A DNA stretch of 63,287 nt, filler included, from Phoronis australis (lineage: Eukaryota > Animalia > Phoronida), in the NCBI GenBank assembly GCA_002633005.1. It is 7 parts of 7 records of this genome, joined end to end, with 100 filler letters (N's around TTAATTAATTAA, not from the genome) between each part and the next. Parts side by side here need not be neighbours in the genome. Positions count along the whole stretch, not along the records: positions 36,031 to 42,301 come from NMRA01002187.1; positions 42,402 to 49,949 come from NMRA01002011.1; positions 50,050 to 56,426 come from NMRA01000816.1; 4 more parts are not named here. The stretch is one strand, 5' to 3'. The stretch's first letter is position 1, and each line of letters starts with the position of its first letter. Shown here piece by piece: positions 38,502 through 51,028 of this stretch. The translations under genes were made by a program, and so were the position numbers. The notes under the pieces are model-generated. The model searched no databases. It saw nothing but the letters and a program-made list of their open reading frames with translations, and was not told where the DNA came from.

Positions 38502-40802
38502 CTAAAAACTAAAAATTCACGGCAAAGGTAAAATCAGGTTAACTTGTTATTAATGTGAAATGAGAGACTACATTAAACATGCAAAAGCCTGTCAGAACTA
38601 CACAAATACAATTTCCACAGGAGAATACTTTCATGTTAAGCTGTCCTTTGAAACTTCAACAGCTACCGAAATGCAGCATACAAGTCTGACTCGTCTACAA
38701 TTTAATGTCAAAAACATTTCACCAGATCAAACTTCACAGAAACACAGTAACAGCAGAAGAAAAGCCACAATTAGAGTGATTAAAAGTTACAGAGAGCTTA
38801 ACATTTATCAAACTCGGCCTCAATACCAAAATGGCTAGCGCAAACAACAGCTTATCAGATAATTTTTGTTAAGACCCTAATGAACGCAACACCATCCATT
38901 GTTTTGGTTCAGGCTTTGGGATGGAACCCTTTTGAAGTTGGTGATTTCGGCCTGACCTAATTCACACTGTGCAGGTCTTTTACATGTAAAGATGATCTCT
39001 ACGTCAACAGTTACAAAAATGTTGATCAAATCAACACAGTGGAATCAAGCCATACTTCTGCCACTTAAGCATCCCAAAAGTTTCATGTTTGTGTACATAA
39101 ATCTTCATTCACTCCCGCTCAGGCATCAGCCTCCCTCACAAACTGCACCCTGGCATTCCACAGGCAACATTCGTTTACCATAAACAAAATTCATTTCCTA
39201 CGAAGCTATATTCTTTCATGTACTTGCATTTCTTACAATACCCACAAAATAGAGACAAAATAACAGAGTTTGTAAGAAAAAATTTATGTTGTATGGATGG
39301 CAATACAGGCCATGAGATAAGACTGTCTGAGTGTTCATGAGAAATAATACTCCATTAAGGGCTGTTCCAGTAAAATCTNACGGCAGCAGAAATAAAAATT
39401 CATGGGTGGTGGTCTTCAGAAAAAAACTCAAATTATGGGTGGTCGTTCCTATAAGAAGTGATGCATTAAAAATGGGTAGTACTTTTTGACCTGTTAATAT
39501 TGATCCCAATAAAAAAAGCCCGTATTGCCAGTGCAATATGTTCACTAAGCCATTAAACAAGTCATGGGCAACTTGATTTGAGTCAACTGTTTGTCTATAG
39601 TCCTATTGAATTGAAGTTATGCAACACTAAACTGGTTTTAACACATATAAGAAAATTGATGATTTTTAAATAAAAAGTATGAGGAGTAAGCTAAACAAGT
39701 TCCAATATTCACTTGACATAGAAGTATAAAAGAGTTCGTGGAGACAGTTTGAGATTCATAGATCCTTATAATTGAAAAAATGTTCATTGAAATTTTAGAC
39801 ACATGGTGAACAGAGACACCTGGTGGCTGCCAAAAGTATTGCTCACAGGCTACTTTAGTTTTTGACAATATTGGACAAGACAACTAGTTCTTGTCTGTCA
39901 ATCATNNNNNNNNNNNNNNNNNNNNNNNNNNNNNNNNNNNNNNNNNNNNNNNNNNNNNNNNNNNNNNNNNNNNNNNNNNNNNNNNNNNNNTATAAAATCT
40001 GTATATTCAGTTTATTTAGCACACCCTGAATATTCAGAAATATTTCTAATTTGTTTTGTGCAAAATATGTGGACAATTACCAAACTTGGGCTCTGGTACC
40101 CGTGGTAGATGAACATGCATCAACCGCGGGTACCAGAAATGGGTTACGTAGTTTCAAATTGTGACTGGCTTACACTTTTGTTTACAGCAACCTCTAATGC
40201 TCAATATATGAGACAAATTAATCTATAAATACATTCAACAGTTATTTACAGAAAATGTGCAACTTAGAACCATGGAACTCTTTAAACAAAAAATTTTAAT
40301 ACTTTATTTAGTCACTGATGAAAAACGTAAATTGCCAGGTGAAAGTACTCGTGAAATGTTCTACAGCTAAGGGACCACTGACTTTATGTAGGCACATAAA
40401 AATGTATTTTGAAAATCATACTGCATTGTATCCTCAGACATGAATGAAAATACTGTCCATCCGCCACTGTATTGCTATTGTTCTATCACGCCGCCACTAT
40501 ATCAGAAAATGGATATGAACTTGGACCAGGGGGCAGTACGTAACTTTGGAAAATGTCAAGGGCAACGAGACTATCACAATCTTAGGAAAATTACAAAAAC
40601 ATGTTGGTTTTCCCTGAAAAAATCCTCAGATAGATATGTGCAATGGTCGCTAAGTCCAGAAAAGGGCTGAGATAATGTTACTTTTAGGAAAAATGACAAA
40701 TTCAAAACACATTTTTCCCAGAAAGGACCCTCAGAAAGATAAGGCAATGGCCCCGCCAGTCAAGTCAAATGCTGTGCAAATACAGTTGTGTAGCCTACTT
40801 AC

Positions 40803-40892
40803 ACGCATCGTCCATCTTTTTGGCAAAACTTCTCATTTTTACTGGAATACTGTTCATTGTCACTTTCCCTTTATTACTGGCCGCTTCTTGAG
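40803..40892 (-). CDS. NELFA: NELF-A internal exon
   Basis: ttccag...|gtaagt. SQEAASNKGKVTMNSIPVKMRSFAKKMDDA, phase 1/1, continues LLQK-S. Confidence 0.85.
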
Positions 40893-40974
40893 CTGGAACA
40901 TTGAACACACAAAATAAAAATCATACAACTCTAAATTAACACATTGGGATGTCTGATATATGAGTAAAAATACA

Positions 40975-41165
40975 TTTTATACTTTGCATCCACAAATGAA
41001 ATATTCAGCTTCTCAGATATCATGGCCGAAGCCTTCATCAGGGTGATGTCAGAGGCACCTGGTGGCAAGACACAACATTGATGAAGGCTTCAGCCATAAT
41101 GTGTGAGAAGCCAAAAATTTCTGGTAATTTTTTCAACTTCTGGGTGGATACAAAGCATGAAATAT
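40975..41165. mobile_element. Intronic inverted repeat containing two degenerate hammerhead-like cores
   Basis: Inner arms gcttctca...atggccgaagccttcatca / tgatgaaggcttcagccat...tgagaagc; outer arms ctttgcatccac / gtggatacaaag. Confidence 0.55.
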
Positions 41166-41985
41166 TTTTAGTGGCTGAAAAAATTCCTTTTTATCAATAG
41201 CCTTTAGTTTTTAGATTACAAATGCAATCACCCAACATATTTGCAAACCTACTGTGGCGAGGCCGGTTTAAACAGCTCTTCGATGATAGTATACAAATTA
41301 CTGCTGCATTCTTAGACTAAAAGACTCGTTGGTGAGCATAAAGCAGGAGTTGAAATTTAAAACCAGTGTTTCAATGCTTTTCTTTGAGCATAGTAAACAC
41401 CAAAAGAATCTGGAGCGGAATTCATTAAAACAGCTGATACAAGTCATGTTGGGAAAATGTAATTCTGTCCAATTATTTCTGCCATATATTGTATTTGTTA
41501 AATGCCTTTGAAGTGAGATTTACAGGCTAATCACTTATGTCTGTGAATAATTGGTCAAAGGAGTTAGAAATACTGTACAACATTCAGCAATGATGTGAAT
41601 ACAAAGTGACGGGTAAGTTGTCAAAAGTTTTAGGAACGGTATCATCAACATCTATTAATGGATTTTGGAGATACAGCAGTGGAAGTCGTCTGAGTTGCCA
41701 GCAATAACGGCACAAAATGCGCCCATGCACACAAACCCGCACCCTCACACACACACTCAAATATATCCTTGCCTGTGACTGCAAGTGTGTGCGGGTGCTT
41801 GGATGCTATTGAACACTACACTGACTTCTGCCAATTCTACCTTCCTCAACATCCAGTCACAAGTTTGGAATGGCACACAGGCTACCCCAAAGATTGCATT
41901 AACATAGTTTGGAGCTTAAAAATAGTACAAATGCCCATCTAATCACTCTGCTTTCCTATAGGCAATTCACGACTTCAATACTCAC

Positions 41986-42147
41986 ACTTTTGTAACAACT
42001 CAGCCCTCAGTGCAGCTGACTTGGGTTTGCGCTTGAGAGCAAAATGTTTAATGGACGTCGGCTGATTGCCAGCAGTAGACTGCAAAGCCTTCAGGTTGAG
42101 ATACAGACACTCCAGGGGTAACATGCGGGTATCTGTGGACTTCTTGA
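41986..42147 (-). CDS. NELFA: NELF-A internal exon (most upstream one seen)
   Basis: tttcag...|gtgagt. KKSTDTRMLPLECLYLNLKALQSTAGNQPTSIKHFALKRKPKSAALRAELLQK versus recalled human MLPLECQYLNKNAL...VKHFQLKRKPKSATLRAELLQK. Confidence 0.95.
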
Positions 42148-42301
42148 CTGAAAGCAGACCAGAAACAGACCTTCTCCACTTAAATTAAAGTACACGAGGC
42201 AATGAAATCTAGAACATGGGTCTGTTTCAGGAAAAAGTGACATAAGACTTAAAACAAAAATTTGGTGTTACGCTCCACTATCAATTTCTGGAAAATTAAA
42301 A

Positions 42302-42401
42302 NNNNNNNNNNNNNNNNNNNNNNNNNNNNNNNNNNNNNNNNNNNNTTAATTAATTAANNNNNNNNNNNNNNNNNNNNNNNNNNNNNNNNNNNNNNNNNNN
42401 N
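42302..42401. other. Artificial contig linker
   Basis: N44-TTAATTAATTAA-N44. Confidence 0.97.
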
Positions 42402-43239
42402 TGCAATCAGAAATAACGAGAAGAATGTATGGGACGTAACATACGTTGATGCACTGAATATGTAAACGGGTTACGTTGTAGATTAAACATATTTATTATT
42501 GCATGTAATCAGCACATATGTAACAATTTTCTTCTTCGTTCTGTTCAAAGTAATTGTATAACGTGAATTCGTTGGATGTTATATATTTGTTGAGAGTGTG
42601 AACTCTAATCGGAATTTCTTTTGAAAGAACATTTACTAGAAATGGAAGGTGTGTGCGGTAATCGTGATTTTCAAGTTTTGAATAATTGCTCTATATGTTA
42701 TTATTTTGAATATATAAATGAATTTAATCACGGGTTCTTTGTTGTTTACTGTCAATTGGCAAAATTTCTCAACTGATGGAATGAGCCAAACAATATCACA
42801 TTACAGTATTTCTCCGAGCCAGTACACAACTCGTAACGATCACACATAACAGATCCGAAAGATAAAAAGTTTGAGGTTGATCTGTTTTATTTATTATAGT
42901 AAATACGGTCGGATTAGAAGCTGGTAAGAAATTTCACAATGACATTCTGTGAGGGTGTTTTGCGTTTTTCGGACGAACACAAAAAGTGCTATCAAGAATT
43001 GTTAGCTTTGCCGTACAAAAAATTGCTAAAAAAAATCCGCAAAATCTCCTGATGTAATTCGACAAAAAACGAGTTGCACACACTGTGAGGTAAATGAAGA
43101 AACAACAGTGAGATATACCTCCAGCAAAATCTCTACTAGTTTCAATATGACTGCGGAGTCCACTGCGGCAATGTTAGCTCGTGAAATCCACGCAAATAGC
43201 GCCACATTACAAACACATATAACGAAAGGACGTCAATCT

Positions 43240-45168
43240 CAGTGGCGGATCTACGTTTTCAGTAAGGGGGGGGTTTAGGATTCCCGCAAAGCTGGAATCC
43301 TAGGNAGCCAAATAGTGAAATTTCCATAATCCTGTTAAGTTTCTGGCGCTTAACATGTCTGGAGTTTTTCTTAAGATAATTTAAAACCCTTCTCGATTTG
43401 GTCACATGAACTTGGCTCATAAGATTCGTGAAACCATATTTGTGCACCTCTGGGTATGAGTTACGCTACCAGCAAAAATTTTTGTTGGAACATCTGCTTA
43501 CACACACCTTTTTAGCATACGAAAAGTCGTATACGAAAAAGTGTGGTGTGTATACAGGGGTTTGGACAACTACCAAATATTCAAGAGCATAAGGAACACC
43601 GAGGGGGCGTAAAAACTTGAATATCAGATGATCGCGTAACAGCAGCCTCAAGTTGATTAAGAACGAAGACCTGTACTGTTAGTCCGGAAATAAACATGAC
43701 TGTGTTCTGTCTCGTTACGAGAACAACTGGCGAATGATGGTGCTCTCAGCTCATAGTCTATTATTAAAAGCGATAATAAACAAAGGCGAAGGCAATCTTT
43801 TTTTCATTTCCCTTTTAGCAAAAATGAGTAAATTTGGCATGTCCAAAAATAATTTCTATTTCGTTTTCATTGTACACAAGCAATAAAAATACGAAATTAT
43901 ATACAAACTGAGTAGAATTATAACTTATTACCAGTGTGTGTTTCTCCAGGAACGTTAGCCATATCCTTCTGTTGCCTAGACTGTCGAGGAATCTGTATTA
44001 TTATCGGATCCAATGGTTTGCTCGTCTTGGAACCATTCTACCCAGACATCTTCGATGTTTGATCCCAACGCTTGCACTTCGTCAACTGCTCTGTCAATGA
44101 GCACGTAAGCCTCTGCAATGTCAGCATCTCGTTTCGCAGCTCAGATGGCACTAAGCCCCCTGAGGTTGCCAAGTCCATTCAAACGACTTACATGCGCAAC
44201 TAAATTCGATCCGTTCATCATGGACTACTTCAAACCTTGACGACGTATCCCAGGAAGTACTAACATCAAATAAATGCCCATGGGCATGGGCGTTTCGTCG
44301 GGTGGGACTTTCTGCGGAAATTCGAAGAAGACGGCAGTGGTGCTTATTGCGGGTAGAAAGACGGTAGGTGTTGAGGTCGGAACTAGGGCTCCTAAATTAG
44401 GATGCCTATTGTTGTGAAAGTACGGCCTCCCCGCAATATCTGGTGCTGTACACTGTTCGCGAATGCGGTCACTTTGTCAATGTGAGTGCCTCCTTGGTCA
44501 TTCCTTGTATAGACATAACTTGTTAGAGTGCATCTTAAAACGGAATCGGACCACGGCGCTTGCCACAATAGCAATTCTTCGGAAAACCGAATTTTTTCAA
44601 AAATATTACATGTACACTGTATGATATTGCGCTAGACAACTTTACTATACACCAGCTAAATTCGAGTTACAAACGTGTGGAGTGTAATAGCATGACACGG
44701 CATGACAGATGAGGTAAAAACGTTGCACGTTAATTTGCCTGAATATCAGGGATGCGGCACAACAGTATTTTCCCTAATCAAATCAAAACATATCTTAGAG
44801 TAAAGAAGCTAGTTACCTAAAGAAATCAGCTATAGAGCTGCTCTTTCAGCGGTGGAGCCATCGAAAATGCTTGGCTACTTCAGAAGTGTCGACGGAAGCG
44901 CGCGCACAATTGATCTCCGCGCATTTTACCGATGAGCAACGAAGAAACGAAATGCGTTGATTTTCAGATCAGCAATTCACAATGCAAAAAAATATATTTT
45001 TAGAGTGAAACCCCCCCTCAATTTCTTCCAAGTTGGTTTACTTGGGGTTTACACACGCTGACGGTGCCGTTTTTGTTTTGCTGGAGACGTTTTGTTTTTT
45101 TATTTTTAGGTCCTGGCCTAACGGGGGGGGGGTTTAAACCCCCTGAACCCCCCGTAGATCCGCCACTG
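43240..45168 (-). mobile_element. 1.9-kb defective hAT transposon with 16-bp TIRs and 5-bp TSD
   Basis: Perfect TIR CAGTGGCGGATCTACG (43240-43255) / CGTAGATCCGCCACTG (45153-45168). Flanking AATCT duplicated (43235-43239, 45169-45173). Internal transposase remnant. Confidence 0.85.
43935..44560 (-). pseudogene. hAT transposase remnant (THAP12/PRKRIR-ZMYM1-like clade)
   Basis: LRGLSAI*AAKRDADIAEAYVLIDRAVDEVQALGSNIEDVWVEWF, then frameshifted IPRQSRQQKDMANVPGET. Resembles the recalled hAT pattern L..LS..LQ....DI..A...I...PR...RQ..R.N.P..T. Confidence 0.7.
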
Positions 45169-48000
45169 AATCTTACGCTAAAACTTTACTTGTCACTGAA
45201 TCTGAACGTGTAGTGAAAAGTCTCAAATCAACCGAGTTATCATGCTGTATGTGTCTGTCAGTCAATCAGCCGGTGATTTCCGATATCTCGCTTTTTACGA
45301 AAGGGGAAGTCGATAGGTCCGAGTCTGATGGGAACTCCACATCAAAAACGTGAACTCTGCGCTGAGCGGTCTATAGAAGAAAGAGAAATCGTCTATTTTC
45401 AGGTCATTTTTCTATGCCACTTTGGCTTAAAAGGATGTCTGGACCCCTTCCCTAGATCCCCCTTTGCCCACTGGCAGTCAGTCTATCACTTCTCGGTGAC
45501 TCTTTCCAGTCTAAATAATTGGGTAATTTGCCAAGTCGTGTACTGGACTGCCTTTGTCAGATCGAAAACTTCACAAGTAAGTTATCAAGCGAATTCGATC
45601 AAATGGTAAGCTTTCAAATAACCAACAAAGCTGAGGCTGAGAACATGATTGTTGGATTAAACGCACGAAGTCCTTATAATGACAATTCCTGAAGACCTAC
45701 ATGACGCGCGTCATTATATAGCTCTGTCCTCTACACTGTATGATGGCGCAGACTATTGTTTCGCATGACGCTTTTGTCTAGATGTCAAAAATCAAGAAAC
45801 CGCTTCAATCATATTTCCATTCTCGACTCCTAGTGCTGTAACACATATTGTGGCACGCTACACCTACAGCCTCGCCCCCAAGCCTCAAGATGGCGCTAGT
45901 TTGGCTACACCTATCGCCGTCCGGGTGACATTATGTGTTTGGCATTGTCCGCACTGGCAACATATTTTGCTGTTGGGATCAATCACCTCATTGGCAATTA
46001 TTGACAAAAAGGAATTTTAATCTTACGTAATCAGAATCAGAATATGAATATACTCAATTACTAATTGATCGCCTTATTCTGAATGGTTTTTGATGTGGTA
46101 TGATTTAGTATTTCATTTTCCCTATTCGAGGTGCTAACTGCAGCGGATTAACCAAAGGGCTGACAAGACGTAATGTCCCATGTCAGAAATTAGGTTTTTG
46201 TACATGTGACAAAATTATACGACGTTGTGCAAGTTTGTCATAGGCCTACAAGTATTTATGCTCGATATTACATCGTCCGTCAGAGGTCGCGCGCACCCTA
46301 GGGTTTTTAATGCAACGATTGTACGTTAAAGGAGTAATAAACCACACACCTTTCTTCCAAATCAGTCTTTGATTCAGGACACTCTCATTCTCTTTCTTAC
46401 TCAGATTATAAATGATTCGTTTGGTGAGAAGAATTACTGATAGGCGTTGATACCAGTCCCAAGTTGTTCATGAGTCGGCATCACTGAGTTACAGCTGGGT
46501 CCAAGGCAGTATGACCATTCAGTGAATTTCAAGAGATTTATTACAACTTATTTCATTTCAAAGTACATGAAGACCATGATACTTTGGAAAAGCACATACT
46601 GAGACAGTGAAGAAAGTCTAAGCTTTCCATCACCAGAACATGGTTTGCAGTGTCCGCAGTAAAAAGCCGAAAATTTGCGTTTTGGTCTCTACTAAAGCTT
46701 GGTCTTTCCAATGACATGCCCACAGTTGCGTCCAACACACTGTCACATTCCTATTACGAAGTAATTTACGCCAATGAGTTGTTAATGCTGTGCGTACGAC
46801 TGTGTTTTGTTGGAACATTTCCGGTTCCGTCTTGGTCATCGAATGATATGTCATCTGACTTGTCTAAGATCATCCAGCGTTAGGTATCCATGCTCTTTTT
46901 GAAAACTGGCTACAAGTTCTAGTTTATTTACACTATCACAGTATTGCGCATAGGAAGAGAAGTGGCCCATCTATAAGTGAAGAAAAACGGGAATACCCAA
47001 TCTTGTGATGTAGAGAACACTGCAACTGAAGCGTGTTAATACTTGGATTCGGACATGGCTGGATGGCAGAAACAGTCTGAATTCAGATATCTTTTCAGCT
47101 CTAGCCTTAGAACTGCTTTGGACAGCCTATCGAACTACATGCCAAGAGTTTTTCAATACGACATTTTTGGGTGTTAAAATCGTGTTACAGAACATTTCAC
47201 AGTTGCGTTTTGGCTTAGACCTACTGCAATTGTACAACCTTTTAATCCAGATATTCAACCCAGTTGTCCCGTTTTTTCATTATCGAATGTNTATTCAACC
47301 CAGTTGTCCCGTTTTTTCATTATCGAATGTTGGTCGTGACAGCTACGCAAAATGTGTTCAAAATAACATTGACTCTTTGTTATGAATACTATTTTCCAGA
47401 GTTCACTTTGTTGAGTAACATGGCAATCGTAAAAATGTGTTCTAATGACTCTTGTTTACTGTAACATACACTACATGTACAAAGATCACTAATTTTTACT
47501 TCTACAGAAAATCCTACACTGCAACCAATATAATGAGCTTTCCACAGTGCATTTCAAAGCTGTACAATAGATGGAGTTTGTCCATTTTTATCTATCAAAA
47601 ACCTCTATATGTAGTTGGAGTACGTAATTATTTTATATTATATTTTTTATCATATTTTTGTAACTGCCACTGCATCCTGAATTTTACTGAAGACCACAAT
47701 TGTATAAAACAGCACAAAAGATACACCTAATATGCTAAGATGCATAATTTTGGATGTATGCCTGACTAAATTCTTCATAGCAACTGTGAGGGATCCATGT
47801 TCTAAAAAATTTGCTTTAGTGTGCAAATCTTTTGAAACGTTGACATTATTTCCCTGCTGGCTGAACTAGTCACTTACGTAACCACCCTGGTTCATTACCT
47901 TTTTAGGTAATTATTACACCATGTTATTTCTCACATTTTGGCAACACTCTTAGCTTTTAGAATTAATTATTTTTAAACCTATCAGGTTTGCGAAATGATA

Positions 48001-48224
48001 CATGCACGCCCCTAGCTTAAAAATGGGGGGCTCGAATATTTGGGAATGTGGACCTTTTACTAAGGATCACAGGGTACGTTTAGAGTTATGAATGGTGCAT
48101 TCGCCGAATTTCGGTAGTTCCTGTCTTTTTGGTGGACGTTTGTCTCGTTTCCTACTTTTTTCTGAATTTTTGTCCACTTCGTACGAGCCCCCCGAGTCAT
48201 CCCCTCTCCCTGGATACGCGCATA
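48001..48224. mobile_element. 224-bp MITE with imperfect TIRs and 5-bp TSD TGATA
   Basis: Termini catgcacgcccctag / ctggatacgcgcata; internal ggggggctcg / cgagcccccc; TGATA at 47996-48000 and 48225-48229. Confidence 0.65.
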
Positions 48225-49057
48225 TGATAATTATTTATGAATTACATTGTTTATATTTTGTTTGTGAAATAATCATACACAATCAAGAACTGATAACGGG
48301 CTTCTAACGATACGACTCTTAAGCAAGTCGGATGGTAAAGGGCGGGGTTGCGAACAGTTTTAGTGACTGCAAATTCCATAGCAAGATCCTGAACACCAGA
48401 ACAAACGAATGCAAACAAATTCCGCGCGCTCGGGGCGCAACCTCAGCAGCTTGAGATCGAAGTTGTCACTCCAGGGCTAGAATCTATGCTAAAGACAAGC
48501 TGTTTTCACAATTGTCATTTGATTACTACATGCACGCCCCTAGCCTAAAAATGGGGGGCTCGAATTTTTGGGACTGTGGACCTTTTACTAAGGATCACAG
48601 GGTACGTTTAGAGTTATGAATGGTGCATTCGCCGAATTTCGGTAGTTCCTGCCTTTTTGGTGGACGTTTGTCTCGTTTCCTACTTTTTTTCTGAATTTTT
48701 GTCCACTTCGTACGAGCCCCCCGAGTCATCCCCTCTCCCTGGATACGCGCATATGATAATTATTTATGAATTACATTGTTTATATTTTGTTTGTGAAATA
48801 ATCATACACAATCAAGAACTGATAACGGGCTTCTAACGATACGACTCTTATGCAAGTCGGATGGTAAAGGGCGGAGTTGCGAACAGTTTTAGTGACTGCA
48901 AATTCCATAGCAAGATCATGAACACCAGAACAAACGAATGCAAACAAATTCCGTGCACTCGGGGCGCAACCTCAGCAGATTGAGATCGAAGTTGTCACTC
49001 CAGGGCTAGAATCTATGCTAAAGACAAGCTGTTTTCACAATTGTCATTTGATTACTA
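48001..49057. repeat. 528-bp tandem duplication (2 copies, ~98% identical)
   Basis: 48001-48528 repeated at 48529-49057 with roughly ten substitutions and one indel; no N at the junction. Confidence 0.92.
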
Positions 49058-49316
49058 CTCGACGTTTAGTAGCAACACCAATAATAATTATACCGGGTGG
49101 GTGTTGGAGTTTGAAACTTTACTGAAACCTGTAATGCAATTAGTACAACAAAACCCAGGGTGAAAAACACTAAGTGCGTTTAGTTATCGTGCAATATTCA
49201 TTTGAAATTAGGACGCTAATAAGCTAATAACTTGATTTCTATACCTTTTACTTTGTACACCTTTAACAAATGATAAGTATATGGCACACTTAGAACTTCA
49301 TGTCATAATAGGGTAC

Positions 49317-49949
49317 TTAGGTTTGGACGAAAACGTTTGCATCTTTGCCAACTGAACTTTCTGCACGGCAGATGAATCCTTTATAATAAGCAGGAATGCT
49401 TTTCACGGAGACGTCGAGGTTGTTTGTGTTCTCACTAGTTCTTCCGTACTGATCAAGCGAGGCTTTCTTTCGGTTGTACAAAATTGGAAGCTGACCTCCT
49501 TGCATATCGGAGACATATTCCCAAGACACGTCTGGAATGGGATCTCCGGACGCTGCGCATCTCAGCTGCAGCGTATCGTTCACCACCCGGACTCCAGTCT
49601 TGCTAGAGATGATGTCGGGCTTCACGCACGAGAAGTCTACGTCACTGGTTTCATACAACAAAGATTTGGTATGGGGCGTTCTGCAGTAAAGCGCTGATCC
49701 TCGCCTGAAGTAGGATTGTTTTGGAATTGCTTTGAGCCAGGCTACTTCACAGTTACAGTGAATGGGGTTGCCATAGATGCTGAGCATGTCTAAGTTGGAG
49801 AAAACGGGCTGAAGATCTTGCGCACGGAAGGTGGGAATTTTGTTCATGCTCACATAAAGGCGTTTGAGTTCTCTGAAGGACTGGAAATGGCTCGCTTTGA
49901 TTTCGGTCAGTAAATTCCCACCCAGAACAGCCGTTACCAATTTGGGTGA
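49317..49949 (-). CDS. LRR-LRRCT-Ig domain protein, 3' part (5' end lost at linker)
   Basis: Three LRRs (LVTAVLGGNLL, LKRLYVSMNKI, LDMLSIYGNPI), LRRCT (NPIHCNCEVAWL...C..P...C) and an I-set Ig (LQLRCAASGDPIPDVSW...FICRAES). Uninterrupted ORF ending TAA. Confidence 0.9.
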   Translation of the reverse strand, partial: SPKLVTAVLGGNLLTEIKASHFQSFRELKRLYVSMNKIPTFRAQDLQPVFSNLDMLSIYGNPIHCNCEVAWLKAIPKQSYFRRGSALYCRTPHTKSLLYETSDVDFSCVKPDIISSKTGVRVVNDTLQLRCAASGDPIPDVSWEYVSDMQGGQLPILYNRKKASLDQYGRTSENTNNLDVSVKSIPAYYKGFICRAESSVGKDANVFVQT

Positions 49950-50049
49950 NNNNNNNNNNNNNNNNNNNNNNNNNNNNNNNNNNNNNNNNNNNNTTAATTA
50001 ATTAANNNNNNNNNNNNNNNNNNNNNNNNNNNNNNNNNNNNNNNNNNNN
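49950..50049. other. Artificial contig linker
   Basis: N44-TTAATTAATTAA-N44. Confidence 0.97.
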
Positions 50050-50124
50050 ATTGAATGTTACATTGGTTGATTGAATGTTACATTGGTTGATTGAATGTTA
50101 CATTGGTTGATTGAATGTTACATT
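50050..50124. repeat. 20-bp minisatellite
   Basis: Unit attgaatgttacattggttg, ~4 copies. Confidence 0.92.
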
Positions 50125-50935
50125 GTTGTATCTGATATTATTAGACCCCTTGTTGTCATGTAGGAACCTGTTTGTTAGCATTTTTTCTTGAAAAATCAAA
50201 TTTCTAAAGAACCTATCAATAAACAACTAGTCAAAGTTATTTTTTAGTGGAGACTGCTTTAACTTCCCCAGGCTAAAAATTTTCACTCAAAACTTGCAAA
50301 TTCTGTTTCATAAATATTCGCTCCATTAGCTGCAACGGCCCAAGAACTTGGTTTATTGAAAATTAGCACTATAATATTACACAAAAAGTGTGACTCGTAC
50401 CTAAGGATATGGGTTCTTGAAGGAAAGTCCTGAACAGAGGTTCATAGTTAATTGGTTGAATAGATAAAATTGACTAGTTGGATTCGGAAATTTTCACATC
50501 TGTAAATTGATTGTTTAGAAACATTGTCACGTGACATTAGAAACATTGTATTTCTGTACTTGATATGTTTCTGTGGTCAACACAGATCATAAAATTTTGT
50601 TTCCTTCGTTTAAATTTGTTGTTATTTTAGAATGTATTTGACAAAACATGACTCTTGGTAAAAAAATAAAAAAACAGTCTATAGCTATGACTGTTTATAA
50701 ATTAAGATGAGGACGAACTCAACATATATTATTTGTCTGCAAATTGAAATGTTATGCTAATTTAATTCTTTAAAGTTCTGGCGATATTCAAGTAGTTACG
50801 TGAAATTTTGCACTTGATCCGTGTTCTCTGAATACATTATTGTTGACTCTCCCTCTTCAGTTTCAATATCTTAGCTAAGAAGTAAATCGTCCATTTTTTG
50901 TAATGCGATTTCTGCATTGGATTCACGTGTTTCAG

Positions 50936-51028
50936 CCGGTGGAGACACTGCCTTTGCTATTTACCAACGTTACGCAACAGGAAGCAGTAACACAGGATTT
51001 GCCGCTCATTTTGGTGGCGCCCTCTCAG
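50936..51028 (+). CDS. Rhomboid protease (secretase-type, RHBDL/Rho-like), penultimate exon with catalytic His
   Basis: tttcag|...|gtcagt. GGDTAFAIYQRYATGSSNTGFAAHFGGALS(G); AHxGG motif, His codon 51007-51009. Confidence 0.88.

Noticed and set aside
46440-47110. Protein-like fragments on the minus strand, possibly a decayed transposon accessory ORF
   Set aside because: Multiple stops and frameshifts with no diagnostic motif.
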